DNA of 64,000 nt from NCBI GenBank assembly GCA_002010065.2, contig MTMD02000002.1:512001-576000 (forward strand). The letters run 5' to 3'. The notes below the pieces were generated by a model. That model had not been told where the DNA came from, did no database searches, and saw only the letters and a program-made list of their open reading frames with translations. The position numbers and the translations under genes were made by a program. Of the stretch, positions 38,715 to 48,402 are shown in pieces. How positions within the stretch are numbered: position 1 is the first letter of the stretch; the number at the start of each line of letters is the position of its first letter. The stretch comes from Candidatus Pyrohabitans jungbluthii. GTDB lineage: Archaea; Hydrothermarchaeota; Hydrothermarchaeia; Hydrothermarchaeales; BMS3B.

Positions 38715-39608
38715 ATGCGGGAGCGCATAGAACTCAACGAGAAGATTTCCCTTGCCATAGCGGGTTTTGTAGCAGTAGGTATGTTTTTACTATCCATATA
38801 TTCCCTCTTCAAGGATATCTTTATCTCCTTCTCTGCACCTGGGATTCTCTTGGACATAGCCTTTATATTCCTTTCTCTATATCTCGGAAGCGGTATACTG
38901 AAAACTTACAACAGAATTACATACTCTGCCGCTATAGACAGGGAATTCAGAGAGGCTCTTCTAAAGAGGCTTGAGCCTGCCCTCAAAGAGGTTGCAAAGA
39001 GTCATGTGTACCTCCAGGAGCTTGACAAAAAGGTGACACTTCTCTCAAAAAGGGTCTCTACTATAAGTGCCGCATACCCCGCCAGGCCTGCCCGAGCAGC
39101 GCCTGGAGAATTTTCCCCCTTCTTCCAGAGGGCGGTATTCATGAGCCTCCTCACCCTTGGGTCACTGATTTTTGTAAACCTTCGCATAAGCCAGACCGGT
39201 GCTTATGTGGTACTTGTTCTTTTCTTCCTGTGGTGGCTCATAATTACTGATGAATTTGGGCTTTTCGCAGATTTTGGTGCCTATATGTTCATAATAGGCC
39301 CTCTGCTTGTCGTTCCCATAGCTTCAATAATCCTCCTTGCCTATCTTGATGTATTTTACATGCTCATGATTCTTTATCTTGCTCTGGTAATATACGTCTT
39401 ACTTTATTACTCTGCGGCCAGCTATCAGGTTACTGGCAGAATACCCCTGCTTGAGAGAAGCAACTACAACATGTACAGAAATGGCGGTGCTAAGGGTGCA
39501 AACGCTCGCGAGAGGGATGGCGGCTCTCTAATTAACGATAACGGTAGAAAACCCTCCTTCACCAGACGTGTTGTGGAACTTTTGCTGGAAAGGTTAAAGC
39601 ATGGTTAG
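38715..39608 (+). CDS. Membrane protein with central coiled coil (paralog B)
   Basis: Same layout; LEPALKEVA...QELDKKV; FFLWWLIITDEF. Confidence 0.75.
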   Translation: MRERIELNEKISLAIAGFVAVGMFLLSIYSLFKDIFISFSAPGILLDIAFIFLSLYLGSGILKTYNRITYSAAIDREFREALLKRLEPALKEVAKSHVYLQELDKKVTLLSKRVSTISAAYPARPARAAPGEFSPFFQRAVFMSLLTLGSLIFVNLRISQTGAYVVLVLFFLWWLIITDEFGLFADFGAYMFIIGPLLVVPIASIILLAYLDVFYMLMILYLALVIYVLLYYSAASYQVTGRIPLLERSNYNMYRNGGAKGANARERDGGSLINDNGRKPSFTRRVVELLLERLKHG

Positions 39609-39656
39609 GGCAGAAAAATCACCAGTTTTAAAATTAAAAAGAGGAGCAGGCAGTGT

Positions 39657-40322
39657 ATGAAGGGCGTAATACTTACGGTGGTGATTATGTTAATGATACT
39701 GGCAGCATCTCTGTATGCTCAGGAGGTAGTGGAGATAAGGGAGGAGCAAGCGAAGCTGCTGAAGAGATACACCGCCTTCTCAACCCACTCCGGCTGGATA
39801 TGCAATAAGTGTCATCTTCAGATAATGGGAGAACAGAGGTTCAGGGAGGTGACAGGTGGGTGTTTGTGCCATCGCAGTCCCTATGGTAAACCCGCCAAAG
39901 TTACAATAGAGAATGTCCAGAAATATGCCCACGACGCAAACCACTGCATGCTGTGCCATGCGGGGACAAAGAATGTGAATACTGATGTCTATCACAAAAT
40001 TGTACACTACAACGTATCCTGCAGCAAATGTCACGATATAAGGAAAAAAAATGATGAGTTCGATATAATAAAGCCGAAAAGTACATATTGCAGAGGATGC
40101 CATTCAGAGGATGTGCATGTGGTGCATGGTCTTAGACTGGACAGGCTCTGCGAATACTGCCATGGAAAAGAATTTGCAAGAAAGTATGTGTCCGTGGGGC
40201 TTGAACCACCTGAGGTGAAGTTAGAGAAGAATCAAACCCTGGTAAAACCAAAGGAGGAAGAGAGAGGTGGTATACCATCCATCAGCGAACTCATATTCAA
40301 GATTTTGGACATTATTTTCTGA
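39657..40322 (+). CDS. Multiheme cytochrome c (5 CxxCH plus one CxCH)
   Basis: N-terminal hydrophobic segment; CNKCH, CLCH, CMLCH, CSKCH, CRGCH, CEYCH; amphipathic tail SISELIFKILDIIF. Confidence 0.85.
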   Translation: MKGVILTVVIMLMILAASLYAQEVVEIREEQAKLLKRYTAFSTHSGWICNKCHLQIMGEQRFREVTGGCLCHRSPYGKPAKVTIENVQKYAHDANHCMLCHAGTKNVNTDVYHKIVHYNVSCSKCHDIRKKNDEFDIIKPKSTYCRGCHSEDVHVVHGLRLDRLCEYCHGKEFARKYVSVGLEPPEVKLEKNQTLVKPKEEERGGIPSISELIFKILDIIF

Positions 40323-40764
40323 GGTAGCCGCTATTCTCGCGATAATTGCCTTGGTGGCAGGATGCACTCTACCGAAGCAGGAGGAGGTGATTGTGTATAA
40401 GGTTATCGCAGAGATAAATGAGAGTCATCAGATAACCAATGTAACCTGCTACCAGGAGAAACTACCGATAAACAAGGTAAAAATAACCACTGGTGAAGGG
40501 GAACCACCTATGGTTGGAATGAAGGTTTTTGTTGTGGACAATGTCAACAAGAAAATTCACGGCTCCAACTGGGCGCTTATTGCCTATGAAGGACCTGGCA
40601 AATATGAAGCTACATTGTATGTAGAAGACGGATACATTCCGAGTGAGGTAGATGTGGTAGGCTGTTATGTAAAATTGTTGGATAGGTATCTTAAGCCGGT
40701 TTCAATGAGTGGAGGGGAAGCAGAGATAGTATATCCAAGAGAGAAACTGGAGGAGAGCAAATGA
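40267..40764 (+). CDS. Putative lipoprotein
   Basis: Lipobox-like IIALVAGC; start uncertain. Confidence 0.6.
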   Translation: MVYHPSANSYSRFWTLFSEVAAILAIIALVAGCTLPKQEEVIVYKVIAEINESHQITNVTCYQEKLPINKVKITTGEGEPPMVGMKVFVVDNVNKKIHGSNWALIAYEGPGKYEATLYVEDGYIPSEVDVVGCYVKLLDRYLKPVSMSGGEAEIVYPREKLEESK

Positions 40765-42470
40765 GGTATGCTCTTGCTTTCGTGGTTTTCCTAATATTAA
40801 TCTCAGGTGTTGCTCATGCTCAGTCGGAAATAGTACTCGTTGACAGTGTCTTAGGCTTGGGAAATTATGAAGCAAGATCTACCAACATCTTCAAGCCGGG
40901 GGATACCGTAAAAGTCTACATGGAAGCGGACGACGTAAACCACCGCGGCCTTGTGGCGGTGAATTTTGTGGTGTTCCTGTACAACACCTATAGTGGTCAT
41001 TATGAGCTTTGGGATTTTCAGAGGCTCAGGGTGAGGTACCTCAACTACAGGGAAAAGGATACATATGCGGTTTACGAATTCAAAATACCTGAAGACTTCA
41101 ATCCCGGGGAATATACAATAAAGATTGCAGCCTACGACGTTGCAAATGAAGAGAATTTAAACGAGGTTTTCGCACAAATGCAAAACTTTTTTGAACCTGA
41201 TTTCTCAAAACCCAACACCTATGTGAATGCTCCGCAGGGTGAGGATGCAGCGGACGCGTACTATGGAAACCTGGGATTAATTAAATCAGAGGACTGGAGA
41301 ACGCTGAAGTTCATAAAAACTCTCAGCTTTAAGGTGGTTACTTCCCCGCGGGAGGTGGAGGAGCTTGCCAGCAAGGTCAATTTTACAAATAAGATAAACA
41401 TAACTGCCACCTATCTGGGGTTGTTAAACGGCTCCCATCAAAACGGCATTTTTAAACAGGGAGGAGAAATGGCAATAAATGTCACAGCCAGAGGGATAAA
41501 CCACCAGGGGCTTGTGGCACTTGACTTTATTTTTACAATAGTGGATAAAGACCTCTTGCCTTTGGCGAAGCCTGAGACTTACAGGGTACGCTTCAAGACA
41601 TATAAGGAAAGGGACTTCACCTTTACCTACAACTTCACAGATAAAAAACTTGAACCCGGTGAATACTACCTTGATATCAAAATTTATGACAGAGCAAATC
41701 CAGATTACATTGAAGATGTGCTGAATGCATTGAAGTTCACGTCTGATTTCGACACCTCAAAGATAACCACATACCTTAACATGCCCGAAGGGGTTAATGT
41801 GAATGACAACACCTACTCATCTATTGGCGCTCTAAAGGCGATGGACTACACCACCCTTGTATTTTCCTCTAAGATACCATTTAAAGTGATTAAAGAGGAA
41901 GAGGTTCCCATAGAAGTCCTGGAGGAGCTGAAGCCAGAGATTGAGGTGCTTGAGCTTGAGACAAGCAAATATCTGCTAAAGCCAAACGAACCCTTTAGGG
42001 TGATCCTTACTGTCAAGAATCACGGAGGCAGCGGGAGGGCTTCCATAACCGTTACTCTGTCAGGCGAGACTCGTGAATATCGCCTGCCAAAAGACTTTTT
42101 ATTTGAGGCGAATGAGACCAGAAAGGTATCTTTTGAGATAAATCTGCCCATGGAGGAAGGAGTCTGGCGAGTAGGCGTTGTGAACACCACAATCATTCGC
42201 CCTGTTTTCGTCTTTGCAGGTGAGCTGGGCAAGAAGGAGGAGGTGCCTGAGGAGGAACTGGAAGAGCGGCTCAAGCCGCAAAAGAGGGAGAGGAACCCCT
42301 ACCCAATGGCCATCCTTGCAGCAGTTCTGTTGCCTCTCTTAATTCTCAAGCTGGTTATTAAGGGCTTGAAGATACCGGTGAGTGAATGGACCGGATTGGG
42401 TCTAAACTTTACAATAGCTGTTGTTCTTATCCTCTTTGCCGCTTATGCCGTCTATTATTTCATTTTATGA
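40761..42470 (+). CDS. Secreted, C-terminally anchored protein with duplicated Ig-like domain
   Basis: Signal peptide; repeats IFKPGD..VNHRGLVAVNF..PGEY..YD / IFKQGG..INHQGLVALDF..PGEY..YD; CARDB-like domain; two C-terminal TM. Confidence 0.78.
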   Translation: MRYALAFVVFLILISGVAHAQSEIVLVDSVLGLGNYEARSTNIFKPGDTVKVYMEADDVNHRGLVAVNFVVFLYNTYSGHYELWDFQRLRVRYLNYREKDTYAVYEFKIPEDFNPGEYTIKIAAYDVANEENLNEVFAQMQNFFEPDFSKPNTYVNAPQGEDAADAYYGNLGLIKSEDWRTLKFIKTLSFKVVTSPREVEELASKVNFTNKINITATYLGLLNGSHQNGIFKQGGEMAINVTARGINHQGLVALDFIFTIVDKDLLPLAKPETYRVRFKTYKERDFTFTYNFTDKKLEPGEYYLDIKIYDRANPDYIEDVLNALKFTSDFDTSKITTYLNMPEGVNVNDNTYSSIGALKAMDYTTLVFSSKIPFKVIKEEEVPIEVLEELKPEIEVLELETSKYLLKPNEPFRVILTVKNHGGSGRASITVTLSGETREYRLPKDFLFEANETRKVSFEINLPMEEGVWRVGVVNTTIIRPVFVFAGELGKKEEVPEEELEERLKPQKRERNPYPMAILAAVLLPLLILKLVIKGLKIPVSEWTGLGLNFTIAVVLILFAAYAVYYFIL

Positions 42471-42483
42471 TAATGGGGTAAGG

Positions 42484-42939
42484 CGGTATTGGGACAAAAC
42501 TCCTCTAGGCTGGATTCTCACCCTCACCGTAAACAGGTTATGCAGCACAGCGATGACAAAGATAGCCATCTCCTGTCTATCTTCTCTTCTCTGCCTGAAA
42601 AACCAGCTTCACTCAGGTTGCGTTTGAAATACCTCTTCAGGTAGCTGAGAGGCGAGCATCTTCAGGATAATCCTGCTTAGAAATATTCTTCTTAGGGATA
42701 ACGTATACTGCCACTTCCTTTCCCAAAAGCTTAAGCACTTTCTCGAGCTATAGTATTTATCCAGTGAAATTGAATCAACCTTAGCCCCGAGTTTTTCAGC
42801 AATTTCATTGCCTTATGAAAAACCTCCATCTCAGATTTATTTGGAATAACCAGGTAGGAAACGGAGCTAAGAAGTTCCTGGTAAAAGAGCTCACGTGATA
42901 ATAGTGGATGAGTAACTATCCAATTTTGTCCCAAAGCCG
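42484..42939 (-). mobile_element. Internally deleted, frameshifted IS remnant with terminal inverted repeats (archaeal ISNCY-like transposase fragments)
   Basis: TIRs CGGTATTGGGACAAAA / CGGCTTTGGGACAAAA (14/16); flanks GGTAAGG / GATAAGG; fragments KSEMEVFHKAM, LDKYYSSRK, VYVIPKKN, YLKRYFKRNLSEAGFS, VLHNLF in shifting frames. Confidence 0.75.
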
Positions 42940-42963
42940 GATAAGGCACAAAAATTAGGAGAG

Positions 42964-45900
42964 CTATCCAAAAATTTTTACAAATCGCCGGTTAATGTAC
43001 AATAAGATTACAGCCAGTAAAAGGATGAAGTTTGGTCCACACAGATATTTCTTATTACCAGCTTCTAAATCCTCATGGGCTATATTTTCTTTTTTCATAA
43101 TAATTCTTCCTTTTCCTTTTTGTCGTGTTTTATCCACCATTTCCGCAACCGCGAATTCTGATTCATTGAATGTGGTTTCTTTAAAAGCTTTTTCTAGGTA
43201 TTTTGAGACGAATACATTTAATGGCTTTCTTTCCACATCAAACCAGCTTTTTACAACCAGTACAAGCTCATAACTCTTATTTGCAGTAGCGCTGGTGGGT
43301 ATTGTTAGGGTGATGAGGTGTTCGCTTATTCCTGGGAGGATATACCCCCTGAAGGATGGGCTGCTCCACCCATGGGGCAGATTTTCGAGATACACTTCTA
43401 CGCCAGGTTCAGCATAGTTGCTGCTCAATTTTACCCTGATGGGCACTGAATCTCCTGGGTAGATAGTCTTCGTGGGCAGAGCTACTTCGAGAATAGTAAT
43501 TCTGTGAGACATGCCATCTCCGTCTGAAACTTCATAGGAACTGCCTGTGTTACTCTGCTTGCCCATCACACCCCAAAGGGAGAGCCCACTAACCCTTGCC
43601 CAGACATAATGTGAGGATGTATCAACTCCAGAGTCAAAGAGAGTAACATTACCCAGAGGCGCTGGGCACGCGAGAACTTCGCAATCGGCCCTTATCCAGC
43701 CTTCCTTGGTGAACCTTGCAACTCTCAGGGATTCCTCTTTTATATCCTGAGGTATATCACTCTGGTTGTAGTATATTTTTAGGATGATGTACTCCATGTC
43801 AGAAAGCCAGGTTGAGTTATCTTCAGAAAAGTTGAGGAAGATGGGCAGGGTTAGATTTTCTTCTACGCTTTCTGGTAAGGAGGTGGAAATGTTTACGGTT
43901 ATATTACCACCAGTCGTTGTGTTGCCTGCTTTGAAAACCACCTCATAGCTGCCCAGCAGAGTGTTCACCACACCAGTGCTGTAGTTCTCACCCCCAGCGA
44001 GGTGAGGAATCGTATGGTGTTTTATGAGGGTTGTGATCACTGTAAGATTTCTCACACCTGTGGAAATAACATTCTGAGCAAGGTCGTTCACTACCAACTC
44101 CCAGGTGTGGTTTCCATCAGCAAGCTGCACTTTTTTCACGACCTGGCTACCATTGGTGAAGGTGCCAAAGTACTGCTGGGCGCCACCGTCTATGATCAGC
44201 CTGTATGCCAGAGTTTCATCCACGTCATCGCCTGCTTCAAACTTAAAGGATACCTCTGCTCTGGTGGAGATGTAATTGTTTACCGGTTCAACCCCTTGCA
44301 GGTATGGCGCCTGAGAGTCCACCCTAACCTCTATGGCTTCGCTTTCATTGCTGTTGCCAGCTTTGTCATACACTTCCACAGGGAGATAATATACTCCAGA
44401 CGTTATATTCCCCACAACAACTGAGTCGTTGATGTAAAAGCCGTTGTTCTCGCTGAGGAGCACTATACCCGCTCCGATTGTGGAGGCATTTACCACCACT
44501 CTGTCTACCTTTTCATCGAAGGCGGTGATGTTAAGTGTTATGACATCCCCGGGCTTTGCGACGCTCTTTCCACTTGGATATATGGTAGGGTTCACCGTAA
44601 CGCTGGGCGGGGTGTTGTCCACGATAATTGTAAAGCTCTGAGTACTGTTCTCATTTCCTACGCGGTCTTTGGCAGAAACATTAAAGGTGTAGGAACCCTC
44701 CGGGTATTCGATGGAAAACGAAGCCCCAAAAGCCCCCGGGCTGACCTCCACCATTGTGCTAATGGGGCTTCCATTTTCATTGAGTATTTTTATGGAACTG
44801 GTGTTAACACCTGAGAGAAGGTCAGCAATGGAAGCGTTTACCCATAGTGAAGCGCCTGTGGTGAGATACTCGCTGCTAATGCTGATGTTCTCTACTCGTG
44901 GAGGTGTCACATCCAGTGCGGCAAAGCTGTGTTTTATGCTCTCTGCGTTACCTGCCCTATCCACAGAATAGTATTCTATTGTGTGGTTTCCTTCAGTATC
45001 GATAAAAATCTGGTTCCCCTCCTGCCATGAGGAGTTGTCTATCCTGTAATATGTATAATTGCAGCCCGATAGGTTATCGGTGCAGCTCAGATTTACCGTA
45101 AACTCTGACCTCTGCCATTCTGAGGGTGCATCGTCGCTGGTTGAGGGAGCGCTAAGGTCTACGGTGAAGTTCCAGGATTCTGAGCTCTTTGAGTTTCCTG
45201 CGGAATCTGTACAGTTTGCATACCAGGTATAGACACCTTCAGAAAGCTCTATGTAAGTCTGATTTGAAGAGTTGCCGGGCAGGTTAGAGAAGTTAAGCCT
45301 CAGGTTTTTCTCCCCGTTTATGTAAACATCGCAGTAGGAAAAGTTGCTCAGATTCTCCTCTATGCTCAATCTGAAGAGTATGGAGCTTATATTGAAGATT
45401 TCCTCGCTCCTGGGAGTCTCTCTGTGCAGCGTGGGTGGTGTGTTGTCCACCACAATTGTGAGCTGCTGGCTACTATTTACATTCCCGGCCACATCTCTTG
45501 CTGAGAAGTTGTAGGTGTGGAGCCCTTCGAGATAATCCACTGTAATCTCTGCCATAAAGGAACTTTGGCTTATGTTGTGCATCTGTGCCAAGACTGTGCC
45601 GTTTTCATAGAGGATGAAAACTGAGCTGTTATCCACGCCAGAAGCTGCATCGTATACCTCGACAGTGACAGTGATAGTATCGCCCGTTCTTAAGTATGTT
45701 CTGCTTGCAATGGGATTCTCAAACTTAGGGGCCTGGTTATCCAGCCTGTCCGTTAGAGGGAGATAATCTATGTTTGTTCCGCCTGAGATGTTGTAGGGTT
45801 GTTCTCCTATCCCGTCCCCATCTGTATCCCAGCCTTCGTAGCCAGAGTAGAAGTTGCCTCCTGTAGAGGAGTTCCAGTAGTTGGTGCCGCTGTCGTAGAC

Positions 45901-48402
45901 GCTGCCGTATATAAAGTTACTGTAGATGAGGTTATTAAAACACGCCAGCACTTTTAATCCATAATCCTGGTTTCCTGTGATGTTGTTTGAGCTAATGGTA
46001 TTGCCGTGGCTTTTCTCCAGTGTTATGCCAAGGTAATTTTGCTCAACCTTTATATCCTGTATGCTCGAGCCGTTGGTGTTATACAGGTAGATTCCAGAGG
46101 CACCGCTTGCGTTTGCTCCCCTTATGGTGAACCCTGAGATATTTACAGCAGAGGTGTTGCTAATTAGCAGGGCATGCGCTGAGGGATCAGCGGCTACGAT
46201 AAATGTTGAAGTGTTCCCTCCGCCGATAAGGTTTATGCTCTTGTTCACGAATACGTTTTCAGTATAGGTGCCAGGGGCTACATACACCGTCTCTGCTGGT
46301 GTGGCATAATCTATGCCCGCCTGAATTGTAGGTACTTCCTCGGGCACTCTAATAACTGAGGCGTTTACCGTGAAGCTCACCGCTGAAGCATTTAGATTGC
46401 CCCAGCTGTCGTTGGCATACACAGTTAAGTTATGGAGACCATTGCTCAGGAAAGAGAGGTTAAGTAGCAGTGTGTTGCCAGCAAAGGGGGTGCTGTTATC
46501 TCCGTCGTCCACCGAGTACCATATAAAGGTGGTGCTCTCATCGGAGATACTAACGTTGAGTAGTGGTGTGTGGTCCCCCTGTACTGAGCCATTCGCTGGG
46601 GAATGTATTTGAATCTCTGGCGGAGCTATATCCACAGGATTTACCCTTACGGTGAAGTTCTCAAAGCTTGAGGTGTAGTTCTCGTTTCCTTCAAAGGTGG
46701 CATTGAAGTAAAAGACTCCGCTGGTGTTCATTTGTATGATAACCTCAAGGGGTGATGAGCCTGAAACCAGGACTTTGTCAACGCCATCGGAGTAGTTGGT
46801 AGTAACGGTGACATTTCCTGAGTCCGGCACCACCAAGACGGCTGTAAAGTTCAGGGTATCAAACTGGTTCACAACCGCATCGCTACGGGTACCATTTATG
46901 TAGAGGTGAACCGAGGAGTCAGCCTTTAAAACCTCAAGCGCTTGGGAAACACTTCCGCTGGTGTAGTTCTGTCCGCCTGAGGTGTTGAATACGTAAATGT
47001 AAACCCCCGCAGCTAAGGTTGAGATATCAGGGTTCGCCACTGGCGTGCCATTCCTGTATAAGGTGTATGTAACGTCCTCATCGCCTAAGTTGGTTTCCAT
47101 GCCGGTTATGTTCGTCTCGCTCCCGTAGGTAACGCTCCACCCTGGCGAAGCGGTTAGGTTGAGGGTAGGCGAGGCTTTGGAAACAGTGTAATAAAAGATG
47201 TCGGTGGCGTTGACCAGACCTTCGGTGTTGTTGGCATACATTCGCCACTGATAAACCCCTGCGGCAAGGGAGGGATAGGTGTAGGAGTAGGTTGACCCGG
47301 AGTAGCTGCTCACAGTGTAGTTGACCAAGCTTCCTGTGAAGTTGTGCTCTATTAACACGGTGTCAATTGCAGAATCCGGCTCGCTCCATGTTACATTGAA
47401 CTGGTAGGTTTGGGAAAAAGAGTAGCTAACAGGCGCTGGAGGCGAAGCTGAGGGGTTGCTCCAGAGGGGAGGAGTGGTGTCTGCAGGTGCTGCTATCTCA
47501 ATCGTCCTGGTCTCACTTACGTTGAGATTCCCTGCACTGTCATTAGCCCACACGCGATAGGTGTAATTCCCATTCGCCAGGTTGGTCTTGTTTATATACC
47601 AGTTCGTCCCGCTCCCGCTCATGCTCTCGTTGGTGCCGTTCCACTCTAACCAGGCTGTTCCAGGTTCGCTCAGAGTGACGTTTATGAAAGTGTATCTGCG
47701 GTCTGTTATTGTAGCTCCATCAGGGTCAGTTGGTGGGACGAAGGTTATAGTGGGGGGTGTATTGTCGGGCGGTTGCCACGGCCAGACCACTAGAGGGTAG
47801 GGGTCCTCGTTGTTGGAATCTATGATGTAGGAACTGTCGCAGATGTTGTCCCCGTCCGAGTCAGTGCAGTCAGTGTTCTTCTCCCACTTATTGCCCACAT
47901 TGTAGCCGTCGATGGTGGAGTACCAGGTGTTTGTAACTAAAAAAGTTAGAGAAATAGTTTCGTGATAATCTTCTTGGGTATTGTTGAGGTAGTTGTTGTA
48001 GTATGTAGCACCATTCCCGGTATTTTCAATACCATAGTAATTGGAGGATATATTATTTCCTGTTATCACAGCGCTGGACCCTACTTGAATTCCTCCCTCC
48101 CAGTCGGTTATGACGCAGTTTCTTACCGTAACATTGACCAAGTCGGTGGGTATAGAAATTCCTATACTATTAGAATTATCAGTCCCATCTATTCTGTAAC
48201 CCTGACAGTCAAGCACAACGTCACTTGCGGAGATAGTTATGCAGGTGGAAGCGTAAGAGTCGATTATGTCACCTATTAGATAGTAAACACCTGAAGTGTC
48301 AATGTTAACCCCACATGAACTAATCGTCGCAGCACTACCCTCTCCAACAAGGGCAACAAAAGCTACCACCAAGCACAGGAGGAGTTGTCTTATTTTTTCC
48401 AT
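42964..48402 (-). CDS. Large cell-surface protein (NosD/CASH beta-helix and Ig-like repeats, CGP-CTERM)
   Basis: Signal peptide; two parallel beta-helix regions with DxDGDxI motifs; many D-x-AGN Ig repeats; LCGPNFILLLAVILLYINRR. Confidence 0.85.
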   Translation of the reverse strand: MEKIRQLLLCLVVAFVALVGEGSAATISSCGVNIDTSGVYYLIGDIIDSYASTCITISASDVVLDCQGYRIDGTDNSNSIGISIPTDLVNVTVRNCVITDWEGGIQVGSSAVITGNNISSNYYGIENTGNGATYYNNYLNNTQEDYHETISLTFLVTNTWYSTIDGYNVGNKWEKNTDCTDSDGDNICDSSYIIDSNNEDPYPLVVWPWQPPDNTPPTITFVPPTDPDGATITDRRYTFINVTLSEPGTAWLEWNGTNESMSGSGTNWYINKTNLANGNYTYRVWANDSAGNLNVSETRTIEIAAPADTTPPLWSNPSASPPAPVSYSFSQTYQFNVTWSEPDSAIDTVLIEHNFTGSLVNYTVSSYSGSTYSYTYPSLAAGVYQWRMYANNTEGLVNATDIFYYTVSKASPTLNLTASPGWSVTYGSETNITGMETNLGDEDVTYTLYRNGTPVANPDISTLAAGVYIYVFNTSGGQNYTSGSVSQALEVLKADSSVHLYINGTRSDAVVNQFDTLNFTAVLVVPDSGNVTVTTNYSDGVDKVLVSGSSPLEVIIQMNTSGVFYFNATFEGNENYTSSFENFTVRVNPVDIAPPEIQIHSPANGSVQGDHTPLLNVSISDESTTFIWYSVDDGDNSTPFAGNTLLLNLSFLSNGLHNLTVYANDSWGNLNASAVSFTVNASVIRVPEEVPTIQAGIDYATPAETVYVAPGTYTENVFVNKSINLIGGGNTSTFIVAADPSAHALLISNTSAVNISGFTIRGANASGASGIYLYNTNGSSIQDIKVEQNYLGITLEKSHGNTISSNNITGNQDYGLKVLACFNNLIYSNFIYGSVYDSGTNYWNSSTGGNFYSGYEGWDTDGDGIGEQPYNISGGTNIDYLPLTDRLDNQAPKFENPIASRTYLRTGDTITVTVEVYDAASGVDNSSVFILYENGTVLAQMHNISQSSFMAEITVDYLEGLHTYNFSARDVAGNVNSSQQLTIVVDNTPPTLHRETPRSEEIFNISSILFRLSIEENLSNFSYCDVYINGEKNLRLNFSNLPGNSSNQTYIELSEGVYTWYANCTDSAGNSKSSESWNFTVDLSAPSTSDDAPSEWQRSEFTVNLSCTDNLSGCNYTYYRIDNSSWQEGNQIFIDTEGNHTIEYYSVDRAGNAESIKHSFAALDVTPPRVENISISSEYLTTGASLWVNASIADLLSGVNTSSIKILNENGSPISTMVEVSPGAFGASFSIEYPEGSYTFNVSAKDRVGNENSTQSFTIIVDNTPPSVTVNPTIYPSGKSVAKPGDVITLNITAFDEKVDRVVVNASTIGAGIVLLSENNGFYINDSVVVGNITSGVYYLPVEVYDKAGNSNESEAIEVRVDSQAPYLQGVEPVNNYISTRAEVSFKFEAGDDVDETLAYRLIIDGGAQQYFGTFTNGSQVVKKVQLADGNHTWELVVNDLAQNVISTGVRNLTVITTLIKHHTIPHLAGGENYSTGVVNTLLGSYEVVFKAGNTTTGGNITVNISTSLPESVEENLTLPIFLNFSEDNSTWLSDMEYIILKIYYNQSDIPQDIKEESLRVARFTKEGWIRADCEVLACPAPLGNVTLFDSGVDTSSHYVWARVSGLSLWGVMGKQSNTGSSYEVSDGDGMSHRITILEVALPTKTIYPGDSVPIRVKLSSNYAEPGVEVYLENLPHGWSSPSFRGYILPGISEHLITLTIPTSATANKSYELVLVVKSWFDVERKPLNVFVSKYLEKAFKETTFNESEFAVAEMVDKTRQKGKGRIIMKKENIAHEDLEAGNKKYLCGPNFILLLAVILLYINRRFVKIFG

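Noticed and set aside
42731-42949. 72-aa ORF as a real gene
   Set aside because: A chimeric frame running through the IS terminal repeat and a transposase fragment.
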